A program made the position numbers and the translations under genes. DNA of 63,759 nucleotides, filler included, from Lama guanicoe (lineage: Eukaryota), in the NCBI GenBank assembly GCA_013239625.1. It is 211 parts of 211 records of this genome, joined end to end, with 100 filler letters (N's around TTAATTAATTAA, not from the genome) between each part and the next. Parts side by side here need not be neighbours in the genome. Positions count along the whole stretch, not along the records: positions 1 to 202 come from PNXV01031642.1; positions 303 to 504 come from PNXV01031643.1; positions 605 to 806 come from PNXV01031644.1; positions 907 to 1,108 come from PNXV01031645.1; positions 1,209 to 1,410 come from PNXV01031646.1; positions 1,511 to 1,712 come from PNXV01031647.1; positions 1,813 to 2,014 come from PNXV01031648.1; positions 2,115 to 2,316 come from PNXV01031649.1; 203 more parts are not named here. One strand, given 5' to 3'. How positions within the stretch are numbered: position 1 is the first letter of the stretch; each line of letters starts with the position of its first letter. Positions 1 through 11,376 of this stretch are shown piece by piece. The notes under the pieces are model-generated. The model was not told the DNA's origin. It worked only from the letters and a program-made list of their open reading frames with translations, and did not search any database.

Positions 1-62
1 GCCCCATCTCAAGTGTTGAGTGGATACATGTGGCCACCGGCTACCATATCGGAGAGCATAGG
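1..62. mobile_element. MER3/MER33-like hAT-Charlie DNA transposon end
   Basis: catctcaagtgttgagtggatacatgtggccaccggctaccatatcggagagcatag resembles the recalled MER3 terminus. Confidence 0.6.
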
Positions 63-202
63 TTCAGAGAAAGAGATACATGAAGCTGTACATGGTTGGA
101 AAATGGATCAGGGAAGAAAAAACATACACCTAGAGGGAAGAAAATCGGAAGGTAACGGCCTTTGAAGTGAAAGGCGAGTCCCTGTGAAGGGTGTCAGTGG
201 TT

Positions 203-302
203 NNNNNNNNNNNNNNNNNNNNNNNNNNNNNNNNNNNNNNNNNNNNTTAATTAATTAANNNNNNNNNNNNNNNNNNNNNNNNNNNNNNNNNNNNNNNNNN
301 NN
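203..302. other. Artificial 100-bp contig linker (N44-TTAATTAATTAA-N44); first of 210 identical copies through 63556
   Basis: Core at 247-258 is palindromic with TAA at offsets 2, 6 and 10, giving stops in all six frames. It recurs every 302-303 bp between unrelated sequences. Confidence 0.99.
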
Positions 303-906
303 TCACGGGCAGTTGGTCATATGGCAAGCATGGACAGAAGCAATGCAGGGAAGGCTTCTAGATTAACTCAATGTTATACAAACAAACATGCTGCCTGGAA
401 AACAACATCAATCACGGTGCGCTCTCCTGGACAGTGGCTGAGAAACAACTGTGAGACCTGTGTAACTCTCCTTCCCCTGTCTTTTCTGGGGTAACTGATG
501 TACANNNNNNNNNNNNNNNNNNNNNNNNNNNNNNNNNNNNNNNNNNNNTTAATTAATTAANNNNNNNNNNNNNNNNNNNNNNNNNNNNNNNNNNNNNNNN
601 NNNNTCAAGTGTAGAAACAGCCAAAACATATTATTCACTCAAAATTTCTTTGATAATTTACTTCATAGTGGTAGATTTTATTAGTATTTGTTAGTTAAAA
701 ATGTTATATGAAATATGTTCTATGTTCTAAACATTGAGTTAACATTAGGATTGAAACTGAATAAAATACAGTGAAAAACCATTAGGATTTAATTTACTCA
801 AATGCTNNNNNNNNNNNNNNNNNNNNNNNNNNNNNNNNNNNNNNNNNNNNTTAATTAATTAANNNNNNNNNNNNNNNNNNNNNNNNNNNNNNNNNNNNNN
901 NNNNNN

Positions 907-1040
907 ACTGACAGGCATGGCTGTACTAGGAAAAACATTAGAGTGTCTGACATATTCCATACATACCCCTTCTTACTTCCATTATGTACTAGTACATTAA
1001 TTTCTCCACAATAGTCAAATTTAATTGTCCCAACAAACAT
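907..1040 (-). mobile_element. Degenerate ERV-L-type internal fragment, dUTPase region
   Basis: Translation GTIKFDYCGEINVLVHNGSKKGYVWNMSDTLMFFLVQPC aligns by eye to recalled ERV-L dUTPase GVIDPDYQGEI.LLLHNGGKEEYVWNTGDPLG.LLVLPC. Confidence 0.75.
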
Positions 1041-1208
1041 AGAGGGTGTAGAAAATCTATACTTCTATGTCAGATGGGTCAATGTCATGAGGAATGAAAA
1101 ATAGCTGANNNNNNNNNNNNNNNNNNNNNNNNNNNNNNNNNNNNNNNNNNNNTTAATTAATTAANNNNNNNNNNNNNNNNNNNNNNNNNNNNNNNNNNNN
1201 NNNNNNNN

Positions 1209-1410
1209 AGAATGGACCCAAACAAAATAAGAAATGAAACAGTAGAAATAATATCCGATATTACAGAAATGCAAAAAAGATTATAAAAGCACTATGAGCT
1301 GCTACGTGACAACCAACTGGATGACGAAAAAGAAATGGACAAATTTCTAGAAATGTACAGCCTGCCAAGACTGAATAAAGAGAAAACTGAGAACTTGAAT
1401 AGAGCAATCA
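1209..1410 (+). mobile_element. L1 ORF2 fragment (EN-RT linker)
   Basis: Encodes EMDKFLEMYSLPRLNKEKTENLNRAI, matching the L1 ORF2 motif [26 protein letters not shown]; frameshifted. Confidence 0.92.
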
Positions 1411-3158
1411 NNNNNNNNNNNNNNNNNNNNNNNNNNNNNNNNNNNNNNNNNNNNTTAATTAATTAANNNNNNNNNNNNNNNNNNNNNNNNNNNNNNNNNN
1501 NNNNNNNNNNTTTTTTTTTCCTTTGATCTTTGTATTTTTAAGATAGTAAAAACATTGGGTATCTTTAGGTTTATTAAGGTTAGTGTGGGTGTTAACCTAC
1601 CAAATTTTATTAATGAAAGATTAAACATGGAATCTATCTAGCCATAATTTGGGAGAAAGATGGTCAATAGATAACACATTTATAGTGTCGACTATGTGCA
1701 GAATGATATTCANNNNNNNNNNNNNNNNNNNNNNNNNNNNNNNNNNNNNNNNNNNNTTAATTAATTAANNNNNNNNNNNNNNNNNNNNNNNNNNNNNNNN
1801 NNNNNNNNNNNNGGCCCATCTGCTACCTCCTTAGAGAACCTGTCCCCCGTCCCCCCCGGCAGTTACGACTTTCCCTGGGGCCCCCTTGCACTTTCATACA
1901 CCTCTATTAGAAGATGGCATTGGAGACACCGTTATTTTACATATTACAAAGACGGTTTTTCAAATGCTGCCAATTAGAGTTAAAATATGCATCTAATTTT
2001 CAGAGATGTTAAAANNNNNNNNNNNNNNNNNNNNNNNNNNNNNNNNNNNNNNNNNNNNTTAATTAATTAANNNNNNNNNNNNNNNNNNNNNNNNNNNNNN
2101 NNNNNNNNNNNNNNCAGACAGGCCTACCGGCAGGTTAGCTTCCTGGGGACACATTTCCTCTCTTGCTCCACCTGAAAAAGTTTTTGTGGGTCAGTTCTCA
2201 ACCCACTTCCAAAATGCATAGAGTTCTTAGAGAGTTTAGTAGTCATCAATCATTTGGATATAAGGATGAATTGAATGAATCAGCTGTTTTTCTCCCGACA
2301 CCTGGATGAAATTGGTNNNNNNNNNNNNNNNNNNNNNNNNNNNNNNNNNNNNNNNNNNNNTTAATTAATTAANNNNNNNNNNNNNNNNNNNNNNNNNNNN
2401 NNNNNNNNNNNNNNNNCTTTTACATTTCCTGTGTTAAAGTAGGACTGTTTCGTGTGTTGCATAGACGTAGTTTTTTTTTTTTATTCCTTGCAAAGTTTCT
2501 GTGAACTTGACCTTTGCGTACAATTAATGAAAGCACAGAGTGATTGTCATTTTCCCAAATTGGTATACTCAGTGAATGACATAATGGGATTTATTCTCAC
2601 ATCCTTTACTTTACAAAANNNNNNNNNNNNNNNNNNNNNNNNNNNNNNNNNNNNNNNNNNNNTTAATTAATTAANNNNNNNNNNNNNNNNNNNNNNNNNN
2701 NNNNNNNNNNNNNNNNNNCGTGAGAGGTGCGGGAAGGGGGCGCAGGAGGAAGAACCACGGGGCCGGGGAACTCTGCCGTGCGCCGGGAAGGGAAGGAGCA
2801 GGCGATGTCACCTTCACCAACACGTGCTGTTTCCACGTTAAACCACTACAGTAAAACATGCTTGGAAGCCAAAAGACAAACCCATCGGGAACAAGTTTCA
2901 CAGAGAAATATATATACATGNNNNNNNNNNNNNNNNNNNNNNNNNNNNNNNNNNNNNNNNNNNNTTAATTAATTAANNNNNNNNNNNNNNNNNNNNNNNN
3001 NNNNNNNNNNNNNNNNNNNNGGCGGCGGCGGGCGGGGCTGGGCTCCTGGGGCCCGGCCGCTGGGGGCTGGGGGCGGCGGCGGACCCGGCCGGGGCGCGGG
3101 GGCAGGCAAGACGGACCGCGGCGGAGGGGACCCGCGCCGGCACCACTCACCGCGGCGG

Positions 3159-3221
3159 TCAGCGGAAGGCCAGCAGGAAGATGAGCACGACGTTGATGAG
3201 GACGAGCAGCGCCAGCACGGC
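3159..3221 (-). CDS. SMIM39: C-terminal transmembrane segment of a microprotein (AVLALLVLINVVLIFLLAFR*), likely SMIM39; 5' truncated by the contig edge
   Basis: 20 mostly hydrophobic codons with very high GC3, then TGA. A GTGAGT donor lies 8 nt past the stop (3145-3150). CpG-island context. Matches the recalled human SMIM39 C-terminus (from memory, not searched). Confidence 0.75.
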   Translation of the reverse strand, partial: AVLALLVLINVVLIFLLAFR

Positions 3222-3394
3222 GNNNNNNNNNNNNNNNNNNNNNNNNNNNNNNNNNNNNNNNNNNNNTTAATTAATTAANNNNNNNNNNNNNNNNNNNNNN
3301 NNNNNNNNNNNNNNNNNNNNNNTTATTCAACTTTTATTGCATGCCTTTAATGTGTTGGACATTTGCTGAAACATTAATTGTCTTAAAATGGTAA

Positions 3395-3524
<130 letters not shown>

Positions 3525-3926
3525 NNNNNNNNNNNNNNNNNNNNNNNNNNNNNNNNNNNNNNNNNNNNTTAATTAATTAANNNNNNNNNNNNNNNNNNNN
3601 NNNNNNNNNNNNNNNNNNNNNNNNATCTTGCTCTGTTCCCAGCAAGAAGAGGAGAACATGCAGACCGGTGAACTTGAGGGATCTCTTCCACATACGTGAC
3701 TCATTGCTAAGAAATCACGACTGGATCAGATTGCAAGGACTAAGACATTGCCTCTGAAAAGATTTCTCTTCGTACACAGAAATGTTTGCTTGGTAGTACT
3801 ACTGGATTCTTGGAAGGCACAGAGAANNNNNNNNNNNNNNNNNNNNNNNNNNNNNNNNNNNNNNNNNNNNTTAATTAATTAANNNNNNNNNNNNNNNNNN
3901 NNNNNNNNNNNNNNNNNNNNNNNNNN

Positions 3927-4128
3927 AAGTTTAGGGTTCCTCTCCCACAGCAGAATCCACTGTGTGTGCAGGCGTAATCTGGCCCTCTGTGCATTGTGGG
4001 AATTGAGAGTCAGGGAACCAGCTTAAAAATACCACGGCTGTGAGTAATAAACTATTCTTTGTCTCTGGCACAGAAGACTTCTGTCTTCTACCAGCCTCCA
4101 TGAAACATAGCAAGCTAACTTGCAAATA
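3927..4128 (+). mobile_element. LTR40-like ERVL LTR, 3' half
   Basis: agggttcctctc...gctgtgagtaataaac...tttgtctctg...ccagcctccatgaaac...gctaacttgcaa, including the AATAAA signal. Confidence 0.65.
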
Positions 4129-5134
4129 NNNNNNNNNNNNNNNNNNNNNNNNNNNNNNNNNNNNNNNNNNNNTTAATTAATTAANNNNNNNNNNNNNNNN
4201 NNNNNNNNNNNNNNNNNNNNNNNNNNNNTGTGATCAGTCATCAGGATGATCAGATGCACTGAAGAGAGCCTGTGAACAACCCAAAGGCAGCTTCAGCATC
4301 TCGGCAGACCAGCGCCATTGTCCAGGAAATTTGCAGGTAACGTTTTTAGCTGCAGTGGAGAAAGGCTGCCATAACAATGCGTTTGACCCTTTGGAGGAAC
4401 GTTTCTCATTAGAATTGAACAGAGCAGTTTNNNNNNNNNNNNNNNNNNNNNNNNNNNNNNNNNNNNNNNNNNNNTTAATTAATTAANNNNNNNNNNNNNN
4501 NNNNNNNNNNNNNNNNNNNNNNNNNNNNNNCTCATCTTTCAACCTGCTGGGCCTGGGGGTGTCCAGAGAGGTTTGTCTTCCCAGAGCAGCATGTCCCTCC
4601 ATGGTGCCACCCCCCAACAGGGGGCTCTGCTGTCACCTGTGAGCTGAATGACCTGGCATCGTCCTGGATACTCCAGGCCCCCTCCTTGTGTGTCTATTAA
4701 ATAAATTGAATCAATAATTAATAACCTTCCAANNNNNNNNNNNNNNNNNNNNNNNNNNNNNNNNNNNNNNNNNNNNTTAATTAATTAANNNNNNNNNNNN
4801 NNNNNNNNNNNNNNNNNNNNNNNNNNNNNNNNCTTTCTCTCCTCAAAAAAGCAGGAACACAGGGAAGTCTTGGGTAATATGTTTTTAAATTTAAAAATTG
4901 TACTTCAAGGCATTTCATGAAACAGTATTTTGCAACATCAGTTAAGGGCTGCATAATAGTCCATTAAAGAAGATTCTCTGATCTTGTGCTTCTAACCTTG
5001 GACAGGGGCTTACATCAAACAATGCTATTCAGTANNNNNNNNNNNNNNNNNNNNNNNNNNNNNNNNNNNNNNNNNNNNTTAATTAATTAANNNNNNNNNN
5101 NNNNNNNNNNNNNNNNNNNNNNNNNNNNNNNNNN

Positions 5135-5336
5135 CTACAAGGGTTCACCGATGAATTTTTTCAAACATCAACGTGAGAAATAGGGCCATCTTCACACAGA
5201 TATTTTAGAAAATAGAGAAACTCTTTTTTAGGCTACCAACATAAGACTGATATCAAAACCAGATACAGGCATGGCAGGAAAGGAAGTGATCAGATCCACG
5301 TCTCTCAGGAGGAGAGAGAAAAACTCCTTAATAAAA
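5135..5336 (+). mobile_element. Old L1 ORF2 fragment (RT N-terminus), degenerate
   Basis: gggttcaccgatgaatttttt...ctgatatcaaaaccaga...aaactccttaataaaa corresponds to GFT.EF...LIPKP...KILNK. Confidence 0.65.
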
Positions 5337-5436
5337 NNNNNNNNNNNNNNNNNNNNNNNNNNNNNNNNNNNNNNNNNNNNTTAATTAATTAANNNNNNNN
5401 NNNNNNNNNNNNNNNNNNNNNNNNNNNNNNNNNNNN

Positions 5437-5638
5437 CAAAATCAACAAATACAAACTACTATACATAAAATAGACAAGTAGTAAGAGTTTACTATATAAC
5501 ACAAGGAACTACATTCAATATCTTATAATAACTTACCATGAGAAATAATGTGAATATATATATATATAAAACGAATCAGTTTGCTATATACCTAAAACTA
5601 ACACAGTATTATGAATCAACTGTGTTGTGATTTAAAAA
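5437..5638 (+). mobile_element. L1 3' UTR, cetartiodactyl/camelid type
   Basis: actactatacataaaatagacaa...acacaaggaactacattcaatatcttataata...aactaacacagtattatgaatcaact. Confidence 0.85.
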
Positions 5639-6644
5639 NNNNNNNNNNNNNNNNNNNNNNNNNNNNNNNNNNNNNNNNNNNNTTAATTAATTAANNNNNN
5701 NNNNNNNNNNNNNNNNNNNNNNNNNNNNNNNNNNNNNNTGGGTCCTTTATGGACTAGTGAAGTGAAACTGGGTGCTGCCCAGGAAAGCCACATGTGCCAG
5801 ATATGCCAAAATTCCTAGAAAACTGTTATTTGTACCAAATGGAAGAAAGACACTAGATAAGTCTCCTACTCCAACGTCACCCAATAGATAGGCTCTTTAT
5901 AACAATAATGGTTGAGAGCAAAGGGGGAACAAACCCAAACNNNNNNNNNNNNNNNNNNNNNNNNNNNNNNNNNNNNNNNNNNNNTTAATTAATTAANNNN
6001 NNNNNNNNNNNNNNNNNNNNNNNNNNNNNNNNNNNNNNNNTTCACATAAAGAATAGGTCTTATTAAATAACCTCAGAACAAAAGTCCTATTTTCTGTTAG
6101 TTAACAGAGAATTCTGGTCTTGATTAAAAACAAACCTCACACATTTAAAAAAACAATGCAGCACATGCCAAATGTGTAGCACAGAGCTCTGCACTTACTT
6201 GGTCCTCGGCCGTTTCTGCAGGGCTTTATCCAGGACGAGGGANNNNNNNNNNNNNNNNNNNNNNNNNNNNNNNNNNNNNNNNNNNNTTAATTAATTAANN
6301 NNNNNNNNNNNNNNNNNNNNNNNNNNNNNNNNNNNNNNNNNNGGGAAACCTGGGGGTTGGGCTTGGAGTCCAAGAAGCAGCGAGTACCCCCCAAAGGACT
6401 GAGGAAGTTCTTAGAACAATTCCCCCTAAAGGGAAACAACTAAGCACCCATTCATCTACGTGGATTGGGGCTCCACAACACCCCGCCACACAAGGTTGTG
6501 TTCCAGAATCCTGAGGGTGGGGTAGTAACTCCAAGTGACATCAGNNNNNNNNNNNNNNNNNNNNNNNNNNNNNNNNNNNNNNNNNNNNTTAATTAATTAA
6601 NNNNNNNNNNNNNNNNNNNNNNNNNNNNNNNNNNNNNNNNNNNN

Positions 6645-6846
6645 ACACAGAGTTAGGAGACCAGACAGGTGGGCTCTCATGCCCTGTGACAATAGCAAGG
6701 CCCAACAGGAAGCAGAAAGACCTCTTCATTCCTGGCAAGGGCTCATCCAGTGAGAAGCCACGGGACTCTGTCTCCTGGTGCCCTCCCAACTTCCTTCCCC
6801 CTCTATAAAAGTGCTCTTCCCTTGCCCTGCAGGAGATGGCATGTGG
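6645..6846 (+). mobile_element. ERV LTR U3 fragment with TATA box
   Basis: ttcctggcaagggctc...ccctcccaacttccttcccc...ctctataaaagtgctcttcccttgc resembles artiodactyl ERV1 LTRs. Confidence 0.6.
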
Positions 6847-8501
6847 NNNNNNNNNNNNNNNNNNNNNNNNNNNNNNNNNNNNNNNNNNNNTTAATTAATT
6901 AANNNNNNNNNNNNNNNNNNNNNNNNNNNNNNNNNNNNNNNNNNNNCTCCCCTGAACATAATTTAATATTGATTTCCTCCAGCTCAGATTTTCACAGAAT
7001 AGCTTAGCTTGCTTTCCGCCATCTCATTCCTACATCAAACCCAGGAATGTTGGGTATGCATTTATTTGTAACAAGGCAACAGTTGCTTCAAAACTGAACC
7101 TGGTAATTCCTTGATTCCTAAAAGTGCATGGTCTAGTGGTAAATTCCANNNNNNNNNNNNNNNNNNNNNNNNNNNNNNNNNNNNNNNNNNNNTTAATTAA
7201 TTAANNNNNNNNNNNNNNNNNNNNNNNNNNNNNNNNNNNNNNNNNNNNGGAGGGGAGGTGAGGCCCAGTAGGCCCTGGGGGTGGAGAGAGAGCAGGCGGA
7301 TGCAAACAAAGACCCTGGGAGGACCTGAGATGCAGAGAAACAGACTCAAATGGACAGCAGCAGAAGAGAGATGAAAGAGGTGGCGATAGCAGCAGAGGCA
7401 CAGCCAGTGACAGAGGCAGGTGGAAAGAGACCTAGACTGACAGAGACAAANNNNNNNNNNNNNNNNNNNNNNNNNNNNNNNNNNNNNNNNNNNNTTAATT
7501 AATTAANNNNNNNNNNNNNNNNNNNNNNNNNNNNNNNNNNNNNNNNNNNNTTTTTTTTTTCTCTTATGAGGAACTAACACTCAAAGAGAATCAGTGATAA
7601 GCTCGTGCTCACGCAGCTAGAAAGGGGCCAGGCTGGGATCCATGGTAGCTATCTATACTGAGCTTGGTGTTTTCATTTTCTTTCCCCTCCTTTTAACTTC
7701 AAGCCAGGTTGTTTTACCCTGAAGAAGGTACCATCTGGATTTTCTCTTTGACNNNNNNNNNNNNNNNNNNNNNNNNNNNNNNNNNNNNNNNNNNNNTTAA
7801 TTAATTAANNNNNNNNNNNNNNNNNNNNNNNNNNNNNNNNNNNNNNNNNNNNCAGCCCACCTGGAGGTGGTGGTGGGCACCCTAGAGAGATCCCTGCCCA
7901 CATTCAGAAATGGGACCAAAGGTTATTCAACAACCTCTCAAATATCACTTTGCAAATAATCTGAAGCCTGTAAATGGAACTTAAATGGGAAGGGATGAGT
8001 AATGGGGACCCAAAGCATTGTAAGCACTAAAATGCCTTCAGATATTTGGCCCTGNNNNNNNNNNNNNNNNNNNNNNNNNNNNNNNNNNNNNNNNNNNNTT
8101 AATTAATTAANNNNNNNNNNNNNNNNNNNNNNNNNNNNNNNNNNNNNNNNNNNNGCTGTGGGTGGGGTTCTGGCCTCCCTGGGGACCAGAGGGACTGATT
8201 CCATAAAGACAAAGCCAGCGAAGGGGGACTGGAGGGAAAAGAGATGATCTGAGTTGGGGTTAAGAGACTGGGTATTTTTTTAAAGGAAGCAGATCTTTGT
8301 TTTTTTGGGGGGGGCAGTGATAAGGCACAATAAAAGTTAATTCTGTAGTTGAATTTNNNNNNNNNNNNNNNNNNNNNNNNNNNNNNNNNNNNNNNNNNNN
8401 TTAATTAATTAANNNNNNNNNNNNNNNNNNNNNNNNNNNNNNNNNNNNNNNNNNNNAGGTGTACAACAAAGGACAGCTCTTGTCCTCACTGCGATTCCTA
8501 G

Positions 8502-8658
8502 CACCATCACCACCACCACCACCATCACCTTCACCACCATCACCACCTTCACCATCACCACCACCACCATCAACCTCATCACCACCACCACCTCCACCAC
8601 CATCATCACCATCACCACCTTCACCATCATCATCACCACCTTCACCATCACCACCACC
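8502..8658. repeat. (CAC/CAT)n degenerate trinucleotide tract
   Basis: About 155 bp of caccatcaccac; the poly-P/S and poly-V/M ORFs are artefacts of it. Confidence 0.95.
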
Positions 8659-9060
8659 NNNNNNNNNNNNNNNNNNNNNNNNNNNNNNNNNNNNNNNNNN
8701 NNTTAATTAATTAANNNNNNNNNNNNNNNNNNNNNNNNNNNNNNNNNNNNNNNNNNNNTTATGCCTTGGCTCAGTGGTGATTCTGCTCTGTACCTACTTC
8801 ACTCCAGAATTCCAGATGAAAGAGGCAGCCGCTCTTTGAGACTTTGCCAAATGTACAGTAATGGGAAAATACACCTGGTTGGGAGTCGCATAATAGCTGT
8901 TAATGTTTCTACTTGGAAATAAATACACATTACTCCTTTTCACATATATTGACTAATAAGNNNNNNNNNNNNNNNNNNNNNNNNNNNNNNNNNNNNNNNN
9001 NNNNTTAATTAATTAANNNNNNNNNNNNNNNNNNNNNNNNNNNNNNNNNNNNNNNNNNNN

Positions 9061-9262
9061 CACCTGTGTATCTTCGTGTGGAGTATGTATTCAAATCTTT
9101 TGCCCATTTGAAAATTATATTTCTTGTTTTATTCTTAAGTTAGAAGAGGTCTATCTTCTGATACAAGCCCTTTATTAAATATGTAGTATACAAATATTTT
9201 TTGACTGGCTTGTCTTTTCATTTTCTTAATGATGACTTTAAATAAGCAGAAATTTTAATTTT
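9061..9262 (-). mobile_element. Old L1 (L1M-type) ORF2 3' fragment
   Basis: tattcaaatcttttgcccattt...gatacaagccctttatt...ggcttgtcttttcattttcttaatg...gcagaaattttaatttt. Confidence 0.8.
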
Positions 9263-9664
9263 NNNNNNNNNNNNNNNNNNNNNNNNNNNNNNNNNNNNNN
9301 NNNNNNTTAATTAATTAANNNNNNNNNNNNNNNNNNNNNNNNNNNNNNNNNNNNNNNNNNNNTTTTTCAACTTTTCACTTTGAAAATTTTAGATTTAATT
9401 TAAGAAAAAAACTATGTACGTTATACAGAGAATTTTGTATACTCTTCATGCAGATTCAGTGAATATTACCATCTCAGATAACCACAGCTAACATCGATGC
9501 AGTACCGTTTTCTAGTTTATACATAATTTGGATTTTGTCAGTTGTCCCAGTGATTTTTCTTCTGNNNNNNNNNNNNNNNNNNNNNNNNNNNNNNNNNNNN
9601 NNNNNNNNTTAATTAATTAANNNNNNNNNNNNNNNNNNNNNNNNNNNNNNNNNNNNNNNNNNNN

Positions 9665-9866
9665 ATCTGCAAGCCTGCACCATTTACGCACGCCCGTGTC
9701 ATCTCCCGGAGCCACTTCATCTCCCCAAGCTCGCATTATATCCCCAAGCAAACATCTCCCCAAGCCCACATATTCTCCCCAAGCCCACACCATCTCCCCA
9801 AACCCGCATCATGTCCTCAAACCCACATCATCTCCCCAAGCCCGCATCATTTCCCAAGCTCGCATC
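9665..9866. repeat. Minisatellite, ~19-bp unit CATCTCCCCAAGCCCRCAT, ~10 diverged copies
   Basis: Repeated catctccccaagccc(g/a)cat units fill the contig. Confidence 0.9.
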
Positions 9867-10018
9867 NNNNNNNNNNNNNNNNNNNNNNNNNNNNNNNNNN
9901 NNNNNNNNNNTTAATTAATTAANNNNNNNNNNNNNNNNNNNNNNNNNNNNNNNNNNNNNNNNNNNNTAGTAGTCAGCCACAGACTATTAGAATGTTTTTT
10001 AAAAATTAGGATGTCAAA

Positions 10019-10103
10019 GGTCCTGGGTTCAGTCCCCAGTGCCACCATGTAAATATATAGATAAATAAATCGAATTACCTCCCCCACAAAAAGAAAATTT
10101 CAA
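10019..10103 (+). mobile_element. 5'-truncated Vic-1-like camelid tRNA-derived SINE
   Basis: ggtcctgggttcagtccccagt (B box) ... aaataaatcgaattacctcccccacaaaaagaaaa. Flanked by a degraded TSD: aaaaattaggatgtcaaa (10001-10018) and aaaaattatgatattaaa (10104-10121). Confidence 0.8.
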
Positions 10104-10570
10104 AAAAATTATGATATTAAAAGTGACCTAACTGGAGGAGAGCGATGCATTTCAGATTTTTTTGGTCCNNNNNNNNNNNNNNNNNNNNNNNNNNNNNNNN
10201 NNNNNNNNNNNNTTAATTAATTAANNNNNNNNNNNNNNNNNNNNNNNNNNNNNNNNNNNNNNNNNNNNCATTGTAATCACACTAACCACAGGCAGGAATC
10301 CTGGGGACATACTTGAACACACTCCTAGTCTGCATCCTTAGCAGAGGGGAAAGGCACTCCCGTCTCTCCAAATGTCCCTGGTTTTGCCGGAATCCCTTCT
10401 TAAAGGTGAGCAAGACCTCTGCTCCAGAAGGGATAGTTTTGTGTAAGGGCTTGGGTATTTGCCTGTCGGCNNNNNNNNNNNNNNNNNNNNNNNNNNNNNN
10501 NNNNNNNNNNNNNNTTAATTAATTAANNNNNNNNNNNNNNNNNNNNNNNNNNNNNNNNNNNNNNNNNNNN

Positions 10571-10772
10571 GACTGCTCCACCACCTCATAAAGGTGGCGT
10601 CACAACAGTACTTGTCTTTACGTGATTGGCTTATTTCGCTTAGCGCAGTGTCTTCAGGGCTCATCCATGTTACAGCACGTCAGAAATTCCTTCTGTTTCA
10701 GGATTGAATAATATTCCATTGTGTATATCTACCAAAGTTTGTTTGTCCAGTCATCTGCCAATGGACATTTGG
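10571..10772 (-). mobile_element. L1MA/MB-type 3' end fragment
   Basis: ggcttatttcgcttagc...catccatgtt...gaataatattccattgtgtata...atggacatttgg. Confidence 0.88.
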
Positions 10773-10929
10773 NNNNNNNNNNNNNNNNNNNNNNNNNNNN
10801 NNNNNNNNNNNNNNNNTTAATTAATTAANNNNNNNNNNNNNNNNNNNNNNNNNNNNNNNNNNNNNNNNNNNNCACATACTAACTGGCAGGGTGATGGGTG
10901 CAGCACAGGGGTAGTGGGAACGACAGCCT

Positions 10930-11065
10930 GCACTTACTTGGTGCTGCCCACGAGCCAGGACTGTGCTGGGTTCTTCACACAAGTTATCTCATCCAACCCT
11001 CAAAGCAATCTCGGAACTGGAGCTTATAAGGTTATGTTGACTTGCCTAAGGTCCTAGCTGGGGAC
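10930..11065 (-). mobile_element. MIR fragment
   Basis: gccaggactgtgctgggttcttcaca...ttatctcatccaaccctca...gacttgcctaaggtc. Confidence 0.7.
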
Positions 11066-11174
11066 TGCACTCAGNNNNNNNNNNNNNNNNNNNNNNNNNN
11101 NNNNNNNNNNNNNNNNNNTTAATTAATTAANNNNNNNNNNNNNNNNNNNNNNNNNNNNNNNNNNNNNNNNNNNN

Positions 11175-11376
11175 GTCTTTTCATTTTGTTAATGGTTTCC
11201 TTTGCTGTGCAAAAGCTTTTAAGGTTAAGTAGGTCCCATTTGTTTATTTTTGCTTTTGCTTCCTTTGCTTTAGGAGATGGATTCAAAAAAATATTGCTGC
11301 AGTTTACATCAAAGAGCGTTCTGCCTGTGTTTTCCTCTAGGAGTTTTATAGTATCCAATCTTACATTTAGGTCTTT
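11175..11376 (-). mobile_element. Relatively young L1 ORF2 C-terminal region, frame open
   Basis: [60 protein letters not shown] is canonical L1 ORF2. Confidence 0.97.

Noticed and set aside
247..258. PacI sites, piggyBac TTAA targets or homeodomain sites at regular spacing
   Set aside because: Synthetic linker sequence, not genomic.
8409..8710. Extensin-like Pro/Ser or Val/Met-rich proteins
   Set aside because: Translations of a (CAC/CAT)n simple repeat.
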